From the NCBI RefSeq assembly GCF_003231495.1, contig NZ_PQWO01000012.1:151310-183309 (forward strand): DNA of 32,000 bases, written 5' to 3'. Of the stretch, positions 9,859 to 19,986 are shown piece by piece (within the stretch, counting starts at the first letter, position 1; the number at the start of each line of letters is the position of its first letter). The notes under the pieces are model-generated. The model saw only the letters and a program-made list of their open reading frames with translations. It did no database searches and was not told the DNA's origin. This DNA comes from Acaryochloris thomasi RCC1774. GTDB lineage: Bacteria; Cyanobacteriota; Cyanobacteriia; Thermosynechococcales; Thermosynechococcaceae. The position numbers and the translations under genes were made by a program.

Positions 9859-10311
9859 ATGACTACTGGAACTGCTTCATCGACAACAGCCGAAGATTAT
9901 GTTGTGGTCGGTCTTGCGACTTGCTTCATCAAGACCGAAGGCAAATTAGAATCGGTCAAAATCATTGAACCGATTCCCTCGGCGGCTCTAGAGGCAATTC
10001 TGAAGGGTATTCCCACCTCCTATGAGATGGCGCTGGGAACAACCTACGGGGCCGTTTTGCAGGGGGATACACCGCAGCAGCCCACACAGTTTCCGGCGGG
10101 AACTCAGTTCTGCGATGAGTTTGTCGAGCGACTGCAGGCCACGGCCCGCAGCTACGCCACTCGGCCAGTGGCAACAAAGCATATTCCCGTTGGCGAGGTT
10201 AAGTCCGACTTCAACTTTTCCACAGAGCGAAAGCGCACGCTGAATTCAGAGCGAATTGTCAGCGCCGAAGATAACGTTAAGCAGCACTCCCATACCCATA
10301 AAGTGCTTTAA
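9859..10311 (+). CDS. Hypothetical protein (resembles conserved cyanobacterial proteins)
   Basis: The ORF track starts at TTG 9835; the ATG at 9859 (MTTGTASS...) is more plausible. Codon usage resembles the neighbouring genes. I recognise no motif. Confidence 0.55.
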   Translation: MTTGTASSTTAEDYVVVGLATCFIKTEGKLESVKIIEPIPSAALEAILKGIPTSYEMALGTTYGAVLQGDTPQQPTQFPAGTQFCDEFVERLQATARSYATRPVATKHIPVGEVKSDFNFSTERKRTLNSERIVSAEDNVKQHSHTHKVL

Positions 10312-10351
10312 GCTAGCGTACGCTCCTCTCTGACAATCCACGATTGAGTTT

Positions 10352-10648
10352 ATGTCTGCAATGTTTTTCTACCTGTGGCAAATGCTGCATCAGTGTTGGC
10401 AGGCGCTTCAGGTGCCGATGTGCTTCATCAGTGCCTGGGGATTGATCCTCTTAATGGGCTGGCGTCTAACGTTGGCAGTGCGTACCGGGGTTTCGGTCTC
10501 TACCCGCCTGCATCAAATTCCCTGCGCAGACTGTCAGTTTTTTACAGGCGATTACCGTTTGAAGTGCACGGTGCATCCTGACACCGCCCTCTCAGAACGA
10601 GCTATTGACTGTAGAGACTTTGAGGTTCATCCGGCCAGCAACTATTGA
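10352..10648 (+). CDS. Small membrane protein with Cys motif (hypothetical)
   Basis: 98-aa ORF. Hydrophobic N-terminal half, then CADCQFFTGDYRLKCTVHP...AIDCRDFE, a possible metal-binding 4-Cys arrangement. Confidence 0.5.
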   Translation: MSAMFFYLWQMLHQCWQALQVPMCFISAWGLILLMGWRLTLAVRTGVSVSTRLHQIPCADCQFFTGDYRLKCTVHPDTALSERAIDCRDFEVHPASNY

Positions 10649-10732
10649 GCGCCAGCATGAATAGGGAACTGTCTCGGGGGCAGCATCTTCAAGAATGTTA
10701 TTACCCCTTCATGACAGTCAGGAGATAGCGCC

Positions 10733-11233
10733 ATGCTCACCCCCATACTGGGCTTCCTGCTTGGGAGCAGCGCGGCCACAGGGCAAGTTGCTGATGTTTG
10801 CGCCTGGACCCAGGAGGGATCGTGGGCCGACTATCAACCCGGGACGCTGCAGAAAATTGAACAGGAACTGGCGCCACCCAAGCCAGAGGGCGTTGGACAA
10901 ACGCCTACAGGGCTACCGGTTAAAGTGACGGTGAACTATAGTGGCGAGTCTCGTCCGGTTTCTGAGGTGAATCGAGATGCGATCGCAACCTTCGCCCAAG
11001 CCAAACAGCCCCCTTCCCAGCCCAACATCACCGAGCTATTCACAAAAGAATTTCGATTCACCGAAGCGGGCAAGGACTACTGGCTACCGCTGCAAAAGCA
11101 AATGATCCCTTTTCTGAATAAAGAACTCTCTAAAGGCGATTCGGTGCAGCTATTGGCGCTATGGATCGGCTACGCCCACCCCCAAGGCGAAGTCAATCAC
11201 ACCTTTTTAGTCAACGAATTTTGCAAGCTCTAG
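10733..11233 (+). CDS. Hypothetical protein with N-terminal signal-like segment
   Basis: 166-aa ORF beginning MLTPILGFLLGSSAATGQ. No recognisable domain. Confidence 0.5.
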   Translation: MLTPILGFLLGSSAATGQVADVCAWTQEGSWADYQPGTLQKIEQELAPPKPEGVGQTPTGLPVKVTVNYSGESRPVSEVNRDAIATFAQAKQPPSQPNITELFTKEFRFTEAGKDYWLPLQKQMIPFLNKELSKGDSVQLLALWIGYAHPQGEVNHTFLVNEFCKL

Positions 11234-11307
11234 CCGTTCCTCTCCCGCTGCTTTGGCGACGCCAAAAGCAAGTAGACTGAGTACTTAAAGAGAAGCTAAG
11301 GGGCCAA

Positions 11308-12213
11308 TTGTCCGTGAATTTTCAGTCCGTTATTGCCAAGCTACACGAATTTTGGGGCGATCGCGGCTGTCTGATTGTCCAGCCCTACGATGTCGAGAAG
11401 GGAGCCGGAACTAAAAGTCCCCACACATTTTTGCGCGCCCTTGGCCCTGAACCCTGGTCCGTGGCCTATGTCGAACCCTGTCGGCGACCTGCAGATGGCC
11501 GCTATGGTGAGAACCCGAATCGCTACCAGTACTACTACCAGTATCAGGTGCTGGTGAAGCCCTCCCCTGACGACATTCAAGATATCTACCTTGATTCGCT
11601 CAGAGCCTTAGGCATTCGCCCCGAAGATCACGACATTCGCTTCGTCGAAGACAACTGGGAAGATGCAGCGGTGGGCGCCTGGGGCGTTGGCTGGGAAGTT
11701 TGGCTCGACGGCATGGAAGTGACTCAGTTCACATACTTTCAGCAGTGCGGTGGATTAGACTGCCGCCCGGTCTCTATTGAGCTAACCTATGGCCTAGAGC
11801 GGCTGACGATGTATCTGCAGGAAGTAGATGCGATCGCAAAAATTGACTGGAACGGTACTCTCACCTACGGCGATGTACACCTGCAGGGCGAAATTGAGCA
11901 GTCCACTTACAACTTCGAGGCTTCCAACCCTGAGCTTCTGTTTCAATTGTTTAGTCTCTACGAGCAAGAAGCCAATCAGCTCTTTGAACGTGAACTCGTT
12001 CTCCCGGCCCTTGACTACGTCCTCAAGTGCTCCCACACCTTCAATTTGTTAGATGCTCGGGGCGTGATTTCAGTTACTGAACGGACCCGCTATATCGCCC
12101 GAATTCGTCAACTGGCACGTCAGGTCGCTCAGCTTTATGTACAGCAGCGCGAAGCCCTTGGTTTTCCACTGCTTGGAAAGGCCGTAGCTGCCCCGGTAGG
12201 AGGTAAACCATGA
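11308..12213 (+). CDS. glyQ: Glycine--tRNA ligase alpha subunit
   Basis: Sequence [32 protein letters not shown]...[11 protein letters not shown]...FNLLDARG is unmistakably GlyQ. The start is either TTG 11308 or GTG 11314, with a purine-rich CTAAGGGG sequence just upstream. Confidence 0.95.
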   Translation: MSVNFQSVIAKLHEFWGDRGCLIVQPYDVEKGAGTKSPHTFLRALGPEPWSVAYVEPCRRPADGRYGENPNRYQYYYQYQVLVKPSPDDIQDIYLDSLRALGIRPEDHDIRFVEDNWEDAAVGAWGVGWEVWLDGMEVTQFTYFQQCGGLDCRPVSIELTYGLERLTMYLQEVDAIAKIDWNGTLTYGDVHLQGEIEQSTYNFEASNPELLFQLFSLYEQEANQLFERELVLPALDYVLKCSHTFNLLDARGVISVTERTRYIARIRQLARQVAQLYVQQREALGFPLLGKAVAAPVGGKP

Positions 12214-13325
12214 GCTTAGGAAAGTGGCTGGGCCTCGTTGTCCTGCTGGTCTCTCTCTATATTCTTTGGCAGATTCGCCAAGTCCTGCTGCTCTTTTTTA
12301 CCGCCGTCATCTTGGCCTCAGCCCTTAATAGCTTCGTTCTTTACTTAGGCAAGCAGGGCCTCAAACGGAGCTGGGCGGTGGCACTCACCATTGTGCTGGC
12401 GCTGGGGGTAACCTTCCTCTTTTGCCTGCTGGTGATCCCTCCCTTTATCTCTGAGTCACAGCAGTTTTCTGAGTTGGGACCTCAAAGCATGGACCGCATT
12501 GACCAGTGGACTAACTGGCTCGAAGCCCAGGTTCCCGATCAGGCCATTTTAGGCCCCGACGTCTTTGACGCCATCAATACTGTTGTCGATAACCTCACCA
12601 ACGAGATCCCCAACTATGTCAGCGATGTTTTTCGCAACTTTTTGTCGCTATTTTCCAGCTCACTCCTAGTTCTGCTGAATATTCTGCTCATTTTTGTCTT
12701 GACGATCATGCTGCTGGTCGATCCGCACAAGTATCGCAGCATTTTTATTCGGCTGTTTCCTTCTTTTTACCGACGGCGAGCAGACGCGATTCTCACACTC
12801 TGTGACACTGCCCTCGACAGCTGGATCATCGGGATTCTATTCAACATGACTGTGATCGCGATTTGTAGCGGTATTGGTTTGTGGATCCTCGGCGTTAAGC
12901 TGGTGCTAGCCAATGCCTTAATTGCCGGTTTAATGGAGGCAATACCCAATATTGGGCCAACCCTGAGCTTAATTCCACCGATGGCCGTTGCCCTACTAGA
13001 CGCACCCTGGAAAGCCTTAGCGGTCCTGATTTTCTATGTTTTGCTGCAGCAGCTTGAGCAGTATCTGTTAGTGCCAACGGTGATGGCAAAGCAGCTCGAT
13101 CTGCCTCCTGCCGTCACTCTGCTTTCACAAATTATTTTTGCCCTGTTCTTTGGGTTTTTAGGTCTGCTGCTCGCGCTACCCCTCGTGATTGTGGGGCAAA
13201 TTTGGTTCAAAGAAGTCATGGTCAAAGATATCCTAGACCGATGGAAATATTCGCCCCGCGATCCGAAGGCTAAGCACGCTTTTGAAGAGGCAACGCCTCC
13301 CATTGACCGCGAAGCAACAACGTAA
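12210..13325 (+). CDS. AI-2E family (PerM/UPF0118) transporter
   Basis: 371-aa polytopic membrane ORF. Its start overlaps the glyQ stop (ATGA). Family-like motifs [11 protein letters not shown] and [10 protein letters not shown]. Confidence 0.8.
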   Translation: MSLGKWLGLVVLLVSLYILWQIRQVLLLFFTAVILASALNSFVLYLGKQGLKRSWAVALTIVLALGVTFLFCLLVIPPFISESQQFSELGPQSMDRIDQWTNWLEAQVPDQAILGPDVFDAINTVVDNLTNEIPNYVSDVFRNFLSLFSSSLLVLLNILLIFVLTIMLLVDPHKYRSIFIRLFPSFYRRRADAILTLCDTALDSWIIGILFNMTVIAICSGIGLWILGVKLVLANALIAGLMEAIPNIGPTLSLIPPMAVALLDAPWKALAVLIFYVLLQQLEQYLLVPTVMAKQLDLPPAVTLLSQIIFALFFGFLGLLLALPLVIVGQIWFKEVMVKDILDRWKYSPRDPKAKHAFEEATPPIDREATT

Positions 13326-13394
13326 GCCGAGACAAACAGTTGCCAATTGCGGTCAACGCCCAAGATAATAAAATGACGACCGAGGAACAATTTT

Positions 13395-13754
13395 ATGAGC
13401 TTGAATCTTGTTAGTCTGGTGGGCCGTGCAGGCAGAGACCCAGATGTTCGCTACTTCGAGTCAGGGAGCGTGGTCTGCAATCTGACGCTGGCCGTCAATC
13501 GACGCTCAAAGAATGATGAGCCAGACTGGTTTAGCTTAGAAATCTGGGGCAAAACGGCTGAAATTGCGGCTAGCTACGTTCGCAAAGGCAGCTTAATTGG
13601 TGTTACAGGGGCACTCAAGTTCGATCGCTGGCAAGATCGTGGAACAGGCGCTCAACGTTCTAAGCCTGTAATTCGAGTAGACCGCTTAGACCTATTAGGC
13701 TCGAAGCGAGATACTGAGGCCAACGCGGGTAATAGCTACGACGATCAGTTTTAA
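13395..13754 (+). CDS. ssb: Single-stranded DNA-binding protein
   Basis: 119 aa. OB-fold signature NLVSLVGRAGRDPDVRYFESGSVVCNLTLAVNR...DWFSLEIWGKTAE. Acidic C-terminal tip YDDQF. Confidence 0.9.
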   Translation: MSLNLVSLVGRAGRDPDVRYFESGSVVCNLTLAVNRRSKNDEPDWFSLEIWGKTAEIAASYVRKGSLIGVTGALKFDRWQDRGTGAQRSKPVIRVDRLDLLGSKRDTEANAGNSYDDQF

Positions 13755-13759
13755 ACTCC

Positions 13760-14926
13760 TCAACGTACACCCGCAATCGTTCGCTGCCCCAATTGCGTCA
13801 AAACCTGCGGCAGCACAACCGCCACCCAATCAATATCTGCTTCAGTGGTGGCGCGGCCTAGGGTCAGTCGAATGCCTGCCCTCGCTTCTGCATCGCTATA
13901 GCCCATCGCCTTAAGAATAGGGCTAGGGGAAAGAGTTCCACTGTGGCAAGCGGACCCAGCACTAATGGCAATTCCAGCGAGGTTCATCTGCCTAACGATG
14001 GCGCGGCCACTAATGGGAGAATCACCCTGAGGCTGCAGATAGAAACTCGCATGGTGAGGCAGACGCTGCTGTCGATCTCCCGTCACGAATAGTTCAGAGA
14101 TAGGTGAGAGCTGCTCAAATAAACGATCGCGCAGTTTACGCAGACGCTCAGTCTCATGGGCCATATCTTGAGCGGCCAGAGCCGCAGCCACCCCAAACCC
14201 CACCATTGTCGGAACCGCTGGCGTTCCAGAGCGCAATCCTGCTTCTTGACCACCGCCAGTTAGCATCGGAGTGAGTGTGATGCCGGGGCGAACATACAAG
14301 GCACCCGCACCCTGAGGACCATAGAGTTTGTGGCTTGAGAGAGAGAGTAGATCAACGGGTAATGCCTGAACATCAATTGGCAACCGCCCCGCCACCTGCA
14401 CCGCATCGGTATGAAACAAAGCACCGTGATCACGCACAATACGGCCCAGCACTTCAATAGGCTGCAGAGTGCCCACCTCACTTTGCCCATAGATAATTGA
14501 GACGAGAGTCGTGTTGGGCTGTAGTGCTTTTTGCAGCTGCGCTGGGTCAATGAGTCCTTGGCGATTGACCGACAATCGAGTCACCTGCCAGCCCTGTGAT
14601 TCTAGCCACTGGGCACAGTTGGAAACGGCCGAGTGTTCAATGCTTGAGATAATCAGGTGCTGCGGCGTTGTGTACTGATGGGCCACGCCCAACAGCGCCA
14701 GATTATCGGCTTCAGTGCCGCCGGAGGTGAAGGTAAGGGTCTCAGCAGAAGCTCCGATCAGTTCAGCGACTTGGATGCGGGCTTCTTCTAGAGCTGTGGC
14801 GGACCGCTGGCCCCATTGATGCAGACTAGAGGGGTTACCCCACTGATGTTGCCAAAGATTTTGCATGGATGCGATCGCATCTTTACAGCAGGGCGTTGTA
14901 GCACCGTAGTCTAGATAAATTTGCAT
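13760..14926 (-). CDS. Cysteine desulfurase (NifS/IscS-like, class V aminotransferase)
   Basis: 388 aa. PLP-lysine context LSSHKLYGPQG, catalytic Cys context SAGSACHSG, and N-terminus IYLDYGATTP. Confidence 0.9.
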   Translation of the reverse strand: MQIYLDYGATTPCCKDAIASMQNLWQHQWGNPSSLHQWGQRSATALEEARIQVAELIGASAETLTFTSGGTEADNLALLGVAHQYTTPQHLIISSIEHSAVSNCAQWLESQGWQVTRLSVNRQGLIDPAQLQKALQPNTTLVSIIYGQSEVGTLQPIEVLGRIVRDHGALFHTDAVQVAGRLPIDVQALPVDLLSLSSHKLYGPQGAGALYVRPGITLTPMLTGGGQEAGLRSGTPAVPTMVGFGVAAALAAQDMAHETERLRKLRDRLFEQLSPISELFVTGDRQQRLPHHASFYLQPQGDSPISGRAIVRQMNLAGIAISAGSACHSGTLSPSPILKAMGYSDAEARAGIRLTLGRATTEADIDWVAVVLPQVLTQLGQRTIAGVR

Positions 14927-15066
14927 GCCGAGTGATGATGAGTAGAATTACGGTTTTCCCTAATCCGTTGAGCTAGGCCAGAGCGGGTTCAGGCGATACC
15001 ATAAAGATATCAAGCAGACACGCCAGTCTAGTTACCATTTCAACTCAAGGGGTATCATTCATTATC

Positions 15067-15387
15067 ATGAGTTTTTTTGATTCTGATATTGTGCAGCAGG
15101 AAGCCAAAGGCTTGTTCGAAGACTATCAGTCTCTCACGCAGCTTGGGGGTGACTATGGCAAATTCGACCGAGACGGTAAAGTCATCTTCATCAAAAAGAT
15201 GGAAGAAATGATGGACCGCTACCGCATCTTCATGAAGCGTTTTGAACTATCCGATGACTTCATGGCCCAAATGACCGTAGAGCAGCTCAACACGCAGCTA
15301 GGTCAGTTCGGTATGACGCCCCAAAAGATGTTTGACCAAATGAACACAACCTTAGAGCGCATGAAGCGAGAAATTGAAAGTGCTTAG
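15067..15387 (+). CDS. Small conserved cyanobacterial/plastid-lineage protein (DUF1825-like)
   Basis: 106 aa. MSFFDSDIVQQEAKGLFEDYQSL...MDRYRIFMKRFELSDD matches my recollection of the DUF1825 family. Confidence 0.65.
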   Translation: MSFFDSDIVQQEAKGLFEDYQSLTQLGGDYGKFDRDGKVIFIKKMEEMMDRYRIFMKRFELSDDFMAQMTVEQLNTQLGQFGMTPQKMFDQMNTTLERMKREIESA

Positions 15388-15477
15388 CCTAGAGCATACG
15401 CTTTAAAATCCATCGCCAGTCGCAAACTGCCCCAGGCATTCAGGTAAATTGTCAGGGTACGTAAGCGATAAGCAGCT

Positions 15478-16347
15478 ATGGGTCTACTGACAAATTTGAA
15501 CGGGGTGATCTCCGAAACGGCGGAGGTTTCGATCTTAGATCGGGGATTTCTCTACGGTGACAGCATCTACGAAGTCACTCGCACCTTTCAGGGAAGATTG
15601 TTTGGCCTACAGGAACACCTAGATCGCCTGCGTCAGTCAGCCGACTACTTATACCTAGAGATTCCCTGGAGTGATAGCCAGATGCGCGCAGAGATCGAGC
15701 GCACGCTGCAGCAGGCATCTTGGCAGGAATCCTACGTACGGCTTGTGGTGAGTCGAGGTACAGAAGCGACCATTAGCCTGCAGCCCGGTGCAAATCTAAA
15801 GCCCAACTTGCTGATTGTGATCTCTGAAATTTCTCCAGAACCGACGCTTTCGGAAACGGGGCTGCATCTCACAATCGGAGCAAGACGACGCAACGACCCA
15901 CGCGCTCTATCTCCCGCCGCCAAGACAGGGAATTATCTCAACAACATCTTGGCTCTTTTAGAAGCACAGCATCAAGGCGCTGATGATGCCCTAATGCTCA
16001 ATACGCAGGGTCAGATCACAGAAGCCACCACCAGCAATTTTTGGATAGTCAAGGCAGGTGTTGTCTATACACCTCCTGCAGAAGTCGGCATTCTTAAAGG
16101 GATTACCCGACAGTTTCTGCTGCAGATTATGGCCGAACATAATGTTTCCCATCAAGAGCGAGAGCTGCTGCCCACTGATTTAGATGGCATCGAGGAAGCC
16201 TTTCTCAGCTCCTCTGTTCGATTGATTATGCCCGTCAACCACATCGATCGACAGCCGCTCCCCCATTGCCCAGGTGAGATGACGCGATTCCTCTGGGCTG
16301 AATTTCTTAAGCTGATGGCACGGGAGTCCCAAGCCATCTTGGCCTAG
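15478..16347 (+). CDS. Class IV (fold-type IV) PLP aminotransferase, PabC/IlvE-like
   Basis: 289 aa. Motifs RGFLYGDSIYEV, EATTSNFW and GILKGITR. Confidence 0.85.
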   Translation: MGLLTNLNGVISETAEVSILDRGFLYGDSIYEVTRTFQGRLFGLQEHLDRLRQSADYLYLEIPWSDSQMRAEIERTLQQASWQESYVRLVVSRGTEATISLQPGANLKPNLLIVISEISPEPTLSETGLHLTIGARRRNDPRALSPAAKTGNYLNNILALLEAQHQGADDALMLNTQGQITEATTSNFWIVKAGVVYTPPAEVGILKGITRQFLLQIMAEHNVSHQERELLPTDLDGIEEAFLSSSVRLIMPVNHIDRQPLPHCPGEMTRFLWAEFLKLMARESQAILA

Positions 16348-16780
16348 CTCTATCAAGCCTGCGTTTCCGCTCATTTTTTCAGCAATACTTGGAGCGCTGT
16401 AGTGCGAGTCGGAGTGCGGCTAATGACGTAAAAAGCAGCGTTCCTACTCTTGCCACTGCAGCTTCAAATTTGTTATTGAGGAGCGCGCTCTGATTTGTGC
16501 AACTCCGATTAACAGGTATATGTGTACAATTGATGGCGATTAGCTTCAATAGAGTGGGTCCATCATCAATTATTAGGGTTTAATGAGTCGTGTGTGGGCA
16601 ACATCAAAACCAGTGGCTCTTTCTATCTGCTCAGAATTTTGATGGCAAAGGTGAGCGCTAGTGACCGATCGATAAAGAGCGGTTGCTCGCCATAGTCACC
16701 TCGGAGGTTAGCAAAATCCTATAATTTGTGACACTAACTTTGCATTCTGCGATAGTTTAGTCCTATCTCAAGGGGGGGAG

Positions 16781-16786
16781 TATAAT
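16781..16786 (+). promoter_or_regulatory. Candidate -10 box for the coiled-coil gene
   Basis: Perfect TATAAT 27 nt upstream of ATG 16813, with an AGGAGA ribosome-binding site (16803-16808) in between. The -35 region is weak (TTAGTC). A second TATAAT lies at 16720-16725. Confidence 0.35.
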
Positions 16787-16812
16787 ATGGAACGCCTTGG
16801 ACAGGAGACGGC

Positions 16813-18384
16813 ATGAAAGACCTGAAAGATAATAGCATTGTGGATCTTAAGAACGATCCAGAGACAATGCTGGAGAAAATGATTAACCGCAACGTTAAAT
16901 TCCAGGTTGTGGAGTATATTTCAGCCGCAGCGGCTGTCGGTGGCACGATCGCAACTGGTCTCGGTCAGAGTGCGGTGTTTGCAGCAGCTCCTCTCACCTT
17001 TTCGGTGTGTCTTAACCTGCTAAATCGGCGAAACCTCAATCAGCTTACGCGTCAGCGGATGTTTGCAGACACCACGGAGATTCAGAACCTCTTGACCAGC
17101 GATATTCAAGAGTTGAGGGCTGGTTTCCAAGAGCTGCCTGAGGTGCGCGAGGCGATTGATCTGACCGAGATGCAGGCCGCGCTTGCGGCGGTGTCTGAGA
17201 ATGTCTCAGCCCTAGAAGAGAAAGCGCTCGCCCCAGTCAGTGAAACGGGCGAACCACAAACGGCCTTGGCTGCTGATATGGATCAGCTCCGAGCCCACCA
17301 GATTGAGTTAGCTGAAGCCATCGAATCGGTGAAGCAGCAGCTTGCCGATGCGCCTGAAGCAACGGTTGTCGGACCCGATATGAGTGGCGAACTGGCGACA
17401 CTACGGGATGCGATCGCAAACCTAGAGCAGCGCGACAACGGTGCAGAATCCGTACCCAACTTAGAACCACTACGGGCTGAGCTGCAGGCGATGCTCACTC
17501 CCGTACAAACACAGGTTTCGGCTTTAAATGATCGTCTCCACAACCAGCCCGTCGAAGGGGATGCTGAAGGCAGCAGCTTTAACGCTGGATCTTCAGGCCA
17601 GGTGCTAGAGCTACAGGGGCACTTAGAAGGTCTCAATACCAAGGTAGACAACGCTTTTGTTAATCTTTCCGATGAGCTAGCTGCTGTTCGGGGCACCGTG
17701 GAAGGCACTCAAGGGCAGCTTGAAGGTGTCCAGCAGCGGATTACCGATGAAGTGGCTGGGGTACGCGGTGCCGTTGATAACACTCAAAATCAAGTTAACG
17801 ACATTCAGGGACGTATAGAGGGCGTCGGTGGCACCGTCGATAACACCCAAAATCAAATCAATGATATTCAAGGACGCTTAGAAGGCGTCAGTGGTGCTGT
17901 CGATAATACCCAGAATCAAATCAACGAGATTCAGGGACGTCTAGAGGGCGTCGGTGGCGCTGTTGAAAACACCCAGAATCAAATCAATGATATTCAGGGA
18001 CGCCTAGAGGGAGTACAGCAGGGCACAGGCGAACTGCCGACCGAGCAGATTGAAGCTCAAATGCAGACAGCCTTGAACCCGATTAAAGAGCATCTTAATA
18101 ACTTAGATGGCAAGATCGAAGCGATACCCTCTCTTGATCCGGCGGCGATTCAGGGCCAAGGAGAACAGCTGCAGGCGCTGCAGGGGCAGCTTCACAGCAT
18201 GGGCACACGCATCGATAACGTCTCATCTCAGGTTTCCACTGAGATGGCTAATCTGCCGAACCTCGTGGATCAAAAAATCAAAGAAAGCTCAGACTCACGT
18301 CCGCCTTCACCTCCACCTGTCGAGGAGAAGAAGGCGAGCAAACTTTTTGAACTGGATGCGTTGCTGGCAGATCTGGAATCCTAG
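16813..18384 (+). CDS. Membrane-anchored coiled-coil protein with 21-aa tandem repeats (hypothetical)
   Basis: 523 aa. Hydrophobic segment at residues ~33-70 (VEYISAAAAVGGTIATGLGQSAVFAAAPLTFSVCLNLL). The remainder is Q/E/L/A-rich with heptad character. Pro-rich PPSPPPVEEKK lies near the C-terminus. Confidence 0.8.
   Translation: MKDLKDNSIVDLKNDPETMLEKMINRNVKFQVVEYISAAAAVGGTIATGLGQSAVFAAAPLTFSVCLNLLNRRNLNQLTRQRMFADTTEIQNLLTSDIQELRAGFQELPEVREAIDLTEMQAALAAVSENVSALEEKALAPVSETGEPQTALAADMDQLRAHQIELAEAIESVKQQLADAPEATVVGPDMSGELATLRDAIANLEQRDNGAESVPNLEPLRAELQAMLTPVQTQVSALNDRLHNQPVEGDAEGSSFNAGSSGQVLELQGHLEGLNTKVDNAFVNLSDELAAVRGTVEGTQGQLEGVQQRITDEVAGVRGAVDNTQNQVNDIQGRIEGVGGTVDNTQNQINDIQGRLEGVSGAVDNTQNQINEIQGRLEGVGGAVENTQNQINDIQGRLEGVQQGTGELPTEQIEAQMQTALNPIKEHLNNLDGKIEAIPSLDPAAIQGQGEQLQALQGQLHSMGTRIDNVSSQVSTEMANLPNLVDQKIKESSDSRPPSPPPVEEKKASKLFELDALLADLES
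17773..18024 (+). repeat. Four tandem 63-bp (21-codon) repeats inside the coiled-coil gene
   Basis: Units start at 17773, 17836, 17899 and 17962. They encode VDNTQNQVNDIQGRIEGVGGT, VDNTQNQINDIQGRLEGVSGA, VDNTQNQINEIQGRLEGVGGA and VENTQNQINDIQGRLEGVQQG. Degenerate units precede them from ~17686. Confidence 0.9.
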
Positions 18385-18483
18385 CCTCATCAAGGTAAAG
18401 ATGCCGTTATGAAACTTGAGTTCTGAATCTATTCGGAACCCAACATTGCTTACGACCGACTTTAGTTGCTCAGCCTGGGGCGT

Positions 18484-19839
18484 TTAATTGTGGACGACGG
18501 CATCTAGGGTAGGAACAAAGTCGGGGTAGGAGATGGCGGCTGATTCTGCGTGGTGAATCGTGGTAGTGCCGGTGGCGTTGAGAGATGCGATCGCAAAGCT
18601 CATAGCAATACGATGATCACCCCAGCTCTCGACTTCAGTGCCCTGCAGCGGTGTCCCCCCTGTAATATCTAAGCCATCAGGATGCTCACTCACCTGAGCC
18701 CCAAACTTCTGAAGCTGTGTTGCCATTGCCGTGAGGCGATCGCTTTCCTTCACCCGCAGTTCAGCCGCATCTCGAATTACGGTGGTCCCCTCTGCAAACG
18801 CAGCCGCCACCGCCAGCACCGGTATTTCATCAATTAATCGAGGGATAATCGCCCCCTCAATACGACAAGCCTTCAACTTACTGTGGCGAACACGGATATC
18901 AGCCACGGGTTCACCCGCTACAGTCCGCTGGTTCTCCAGGGTAATATCAGCCTCCATCTGCTGCAGCGCCTCTAGCACCCCAGTTCGGGTAGGATTAATG
19001 CCAACATTCTCAATCATCAGGTCTGAATCTGGCACGATGGCGGCCGCCACCATCCAAAAAGCAGCAGAGCTGATATCTCCTGGGACCGTCACGGGCTGCC
19101 CTTTGAGCTGCGCCGGTCCTTTCACCACTACCCGACAGGCTTCAACATCTACTTCCACATCAGCCCCAAAAGCCCGAAACATCCGCTCAGAATGATCGCG
19201 GGACTGGTGTGGCTCAGTTACGATCGTTTCTCCCTCGCACATGAGACCTGCCAGCATCACGCAGGACTTCACCTGCGCCGAGGCAATGGGCGATTGATAG
19301 TGAATCGGCTGCAGCTTTTGACCCTGGATGGCTAGCGGTGCAAACTTGCCCCCCTGCCGTCCCCAAATTTTGGCTCCCATTTGCTCTAGAGGCTTGACCA
19401 CTCTGCCCATGGGACGAGATCGCAACGAATCATCCCCCGTCACTACAAAAAACCGGTCCGTATGGGAGGCCAAAATCCCCAGCATTAGCCTGAGTGTGGT
19501 CCCGGAATTTCCGGCATCTAGCACAGACTCCGGCTCTTGAAGCTGTCCCAAACCAATTCCCTGGACCGTCACTCGCTCTGTATTCAGTTCCGAAATCTGA
19601 GCGCCCATCGCCCGAAAGCAAGCCGCCGTACTGCGAGGGTCTTCGCCCAGCAGCAGTCCCCTAATTTCAGTTTCTCCCGTAGCCAACGCACCGAGCATCA
19701 AAGCGCGGTGAGAAATGGATTTATCTCCAGGGACCCTCACCGTTCCACGAAGACAGATGGGCGTCGCAGAGTGAATTGTCCAGGTTGTTGCCGTTGCGTC
19801 AGCTGCCGGATGGTGCAGTTTGAGAACAGAATCGCTCAT
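18484..19839 (-). CDS. aroA: 3-phosphoshikimate 1-carboxyvinyltransferase (EPSP synthase)
   Basis: Motifs [30 protein letters not shown] and RVKESDRL. The ORF track extends to 19968, but the conserved protein begins at the ATG at 19839 (MSDSVLKL...). Confidence 0.93.
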   Translation of the reverse strand: MSDSVLKLHHPAADATATTWTIHSATPICLRGTVRVPGDKSISHRALMLGALATGETEIRGLLLGEDPRSTAACFRAMGAQISELNTERVTVQGIGLGQLQEPESVLDAGNSGTTLRLMLGILASHTDRFFVVTGDDSLRSRPMGRVVKPLEQMGAKIWGRQGGKFAPLAIQGQKLQPIHYQSPIASAQVKSCVMLAGLMCEGETIVTEPHQSRDHSERMFRAFGADVEVDVEACRVVVKGPAQLKGQPVTVPGDISSAAFWMVAAAIVPDSDLMIENVGINPTRTGVLEALQQMEADITLENQRTVAGEPVADIRVRHSKLKACRIEGAIIPRLIDEIPVLAVAAAFAEGTTVIRDAAELRVKESDRLTAMATQLQKFGAQVSEHPDGLDITGGTPLQGTEVESWGDHRIAMSFAIASLNATGTTTIHHAESAAISYPDFVPTLDAVVHN

Positions 19840-19986
19840 GACTTTCGGACAGAATAGGGCACTTGCCATCCTACTCGGCTCGGCCATCGGCAAGCAAGTC
19901 TCGGCGAAAGTGCAAGGTATAGTAATGAAGCCTGCAGGCCAGATAAAATTACGTCTACACCGCCCCATTCCCCCGACAGAACACGA

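Noticed and set aside
10315-10324. 10-bp perfect palindrome AGCGTACGCT right after the 9859-10311 stop.
   Set aside because: There is no loop and no T-tract, so it cannot form a terminator hairpin. It may be a chance palindrome or a restriction-type site.
16734-16946. 70-codon minus-strand ORF overlapping the start of the coiled-coil gene.
   Set aside because: It overlaps that gene's promoter, RBS and 5' end on the opposite strand, and has no supporting features.
17283-17708. 141-codon ORF antisense to the coiled-coil gene.
   Set aside because: This is a shadow frame of a compositionally biased coding region. Its Ser/Ala/Arg-rich translation has no motifs.
19840-19968. 43-codon N-terminal extension of aroA in the ORF track.
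   Set aside because: The extension ([14 protein letters not shown]...) is not EPSPS-like. The conserved protein begins at the internal ATG at 19839.
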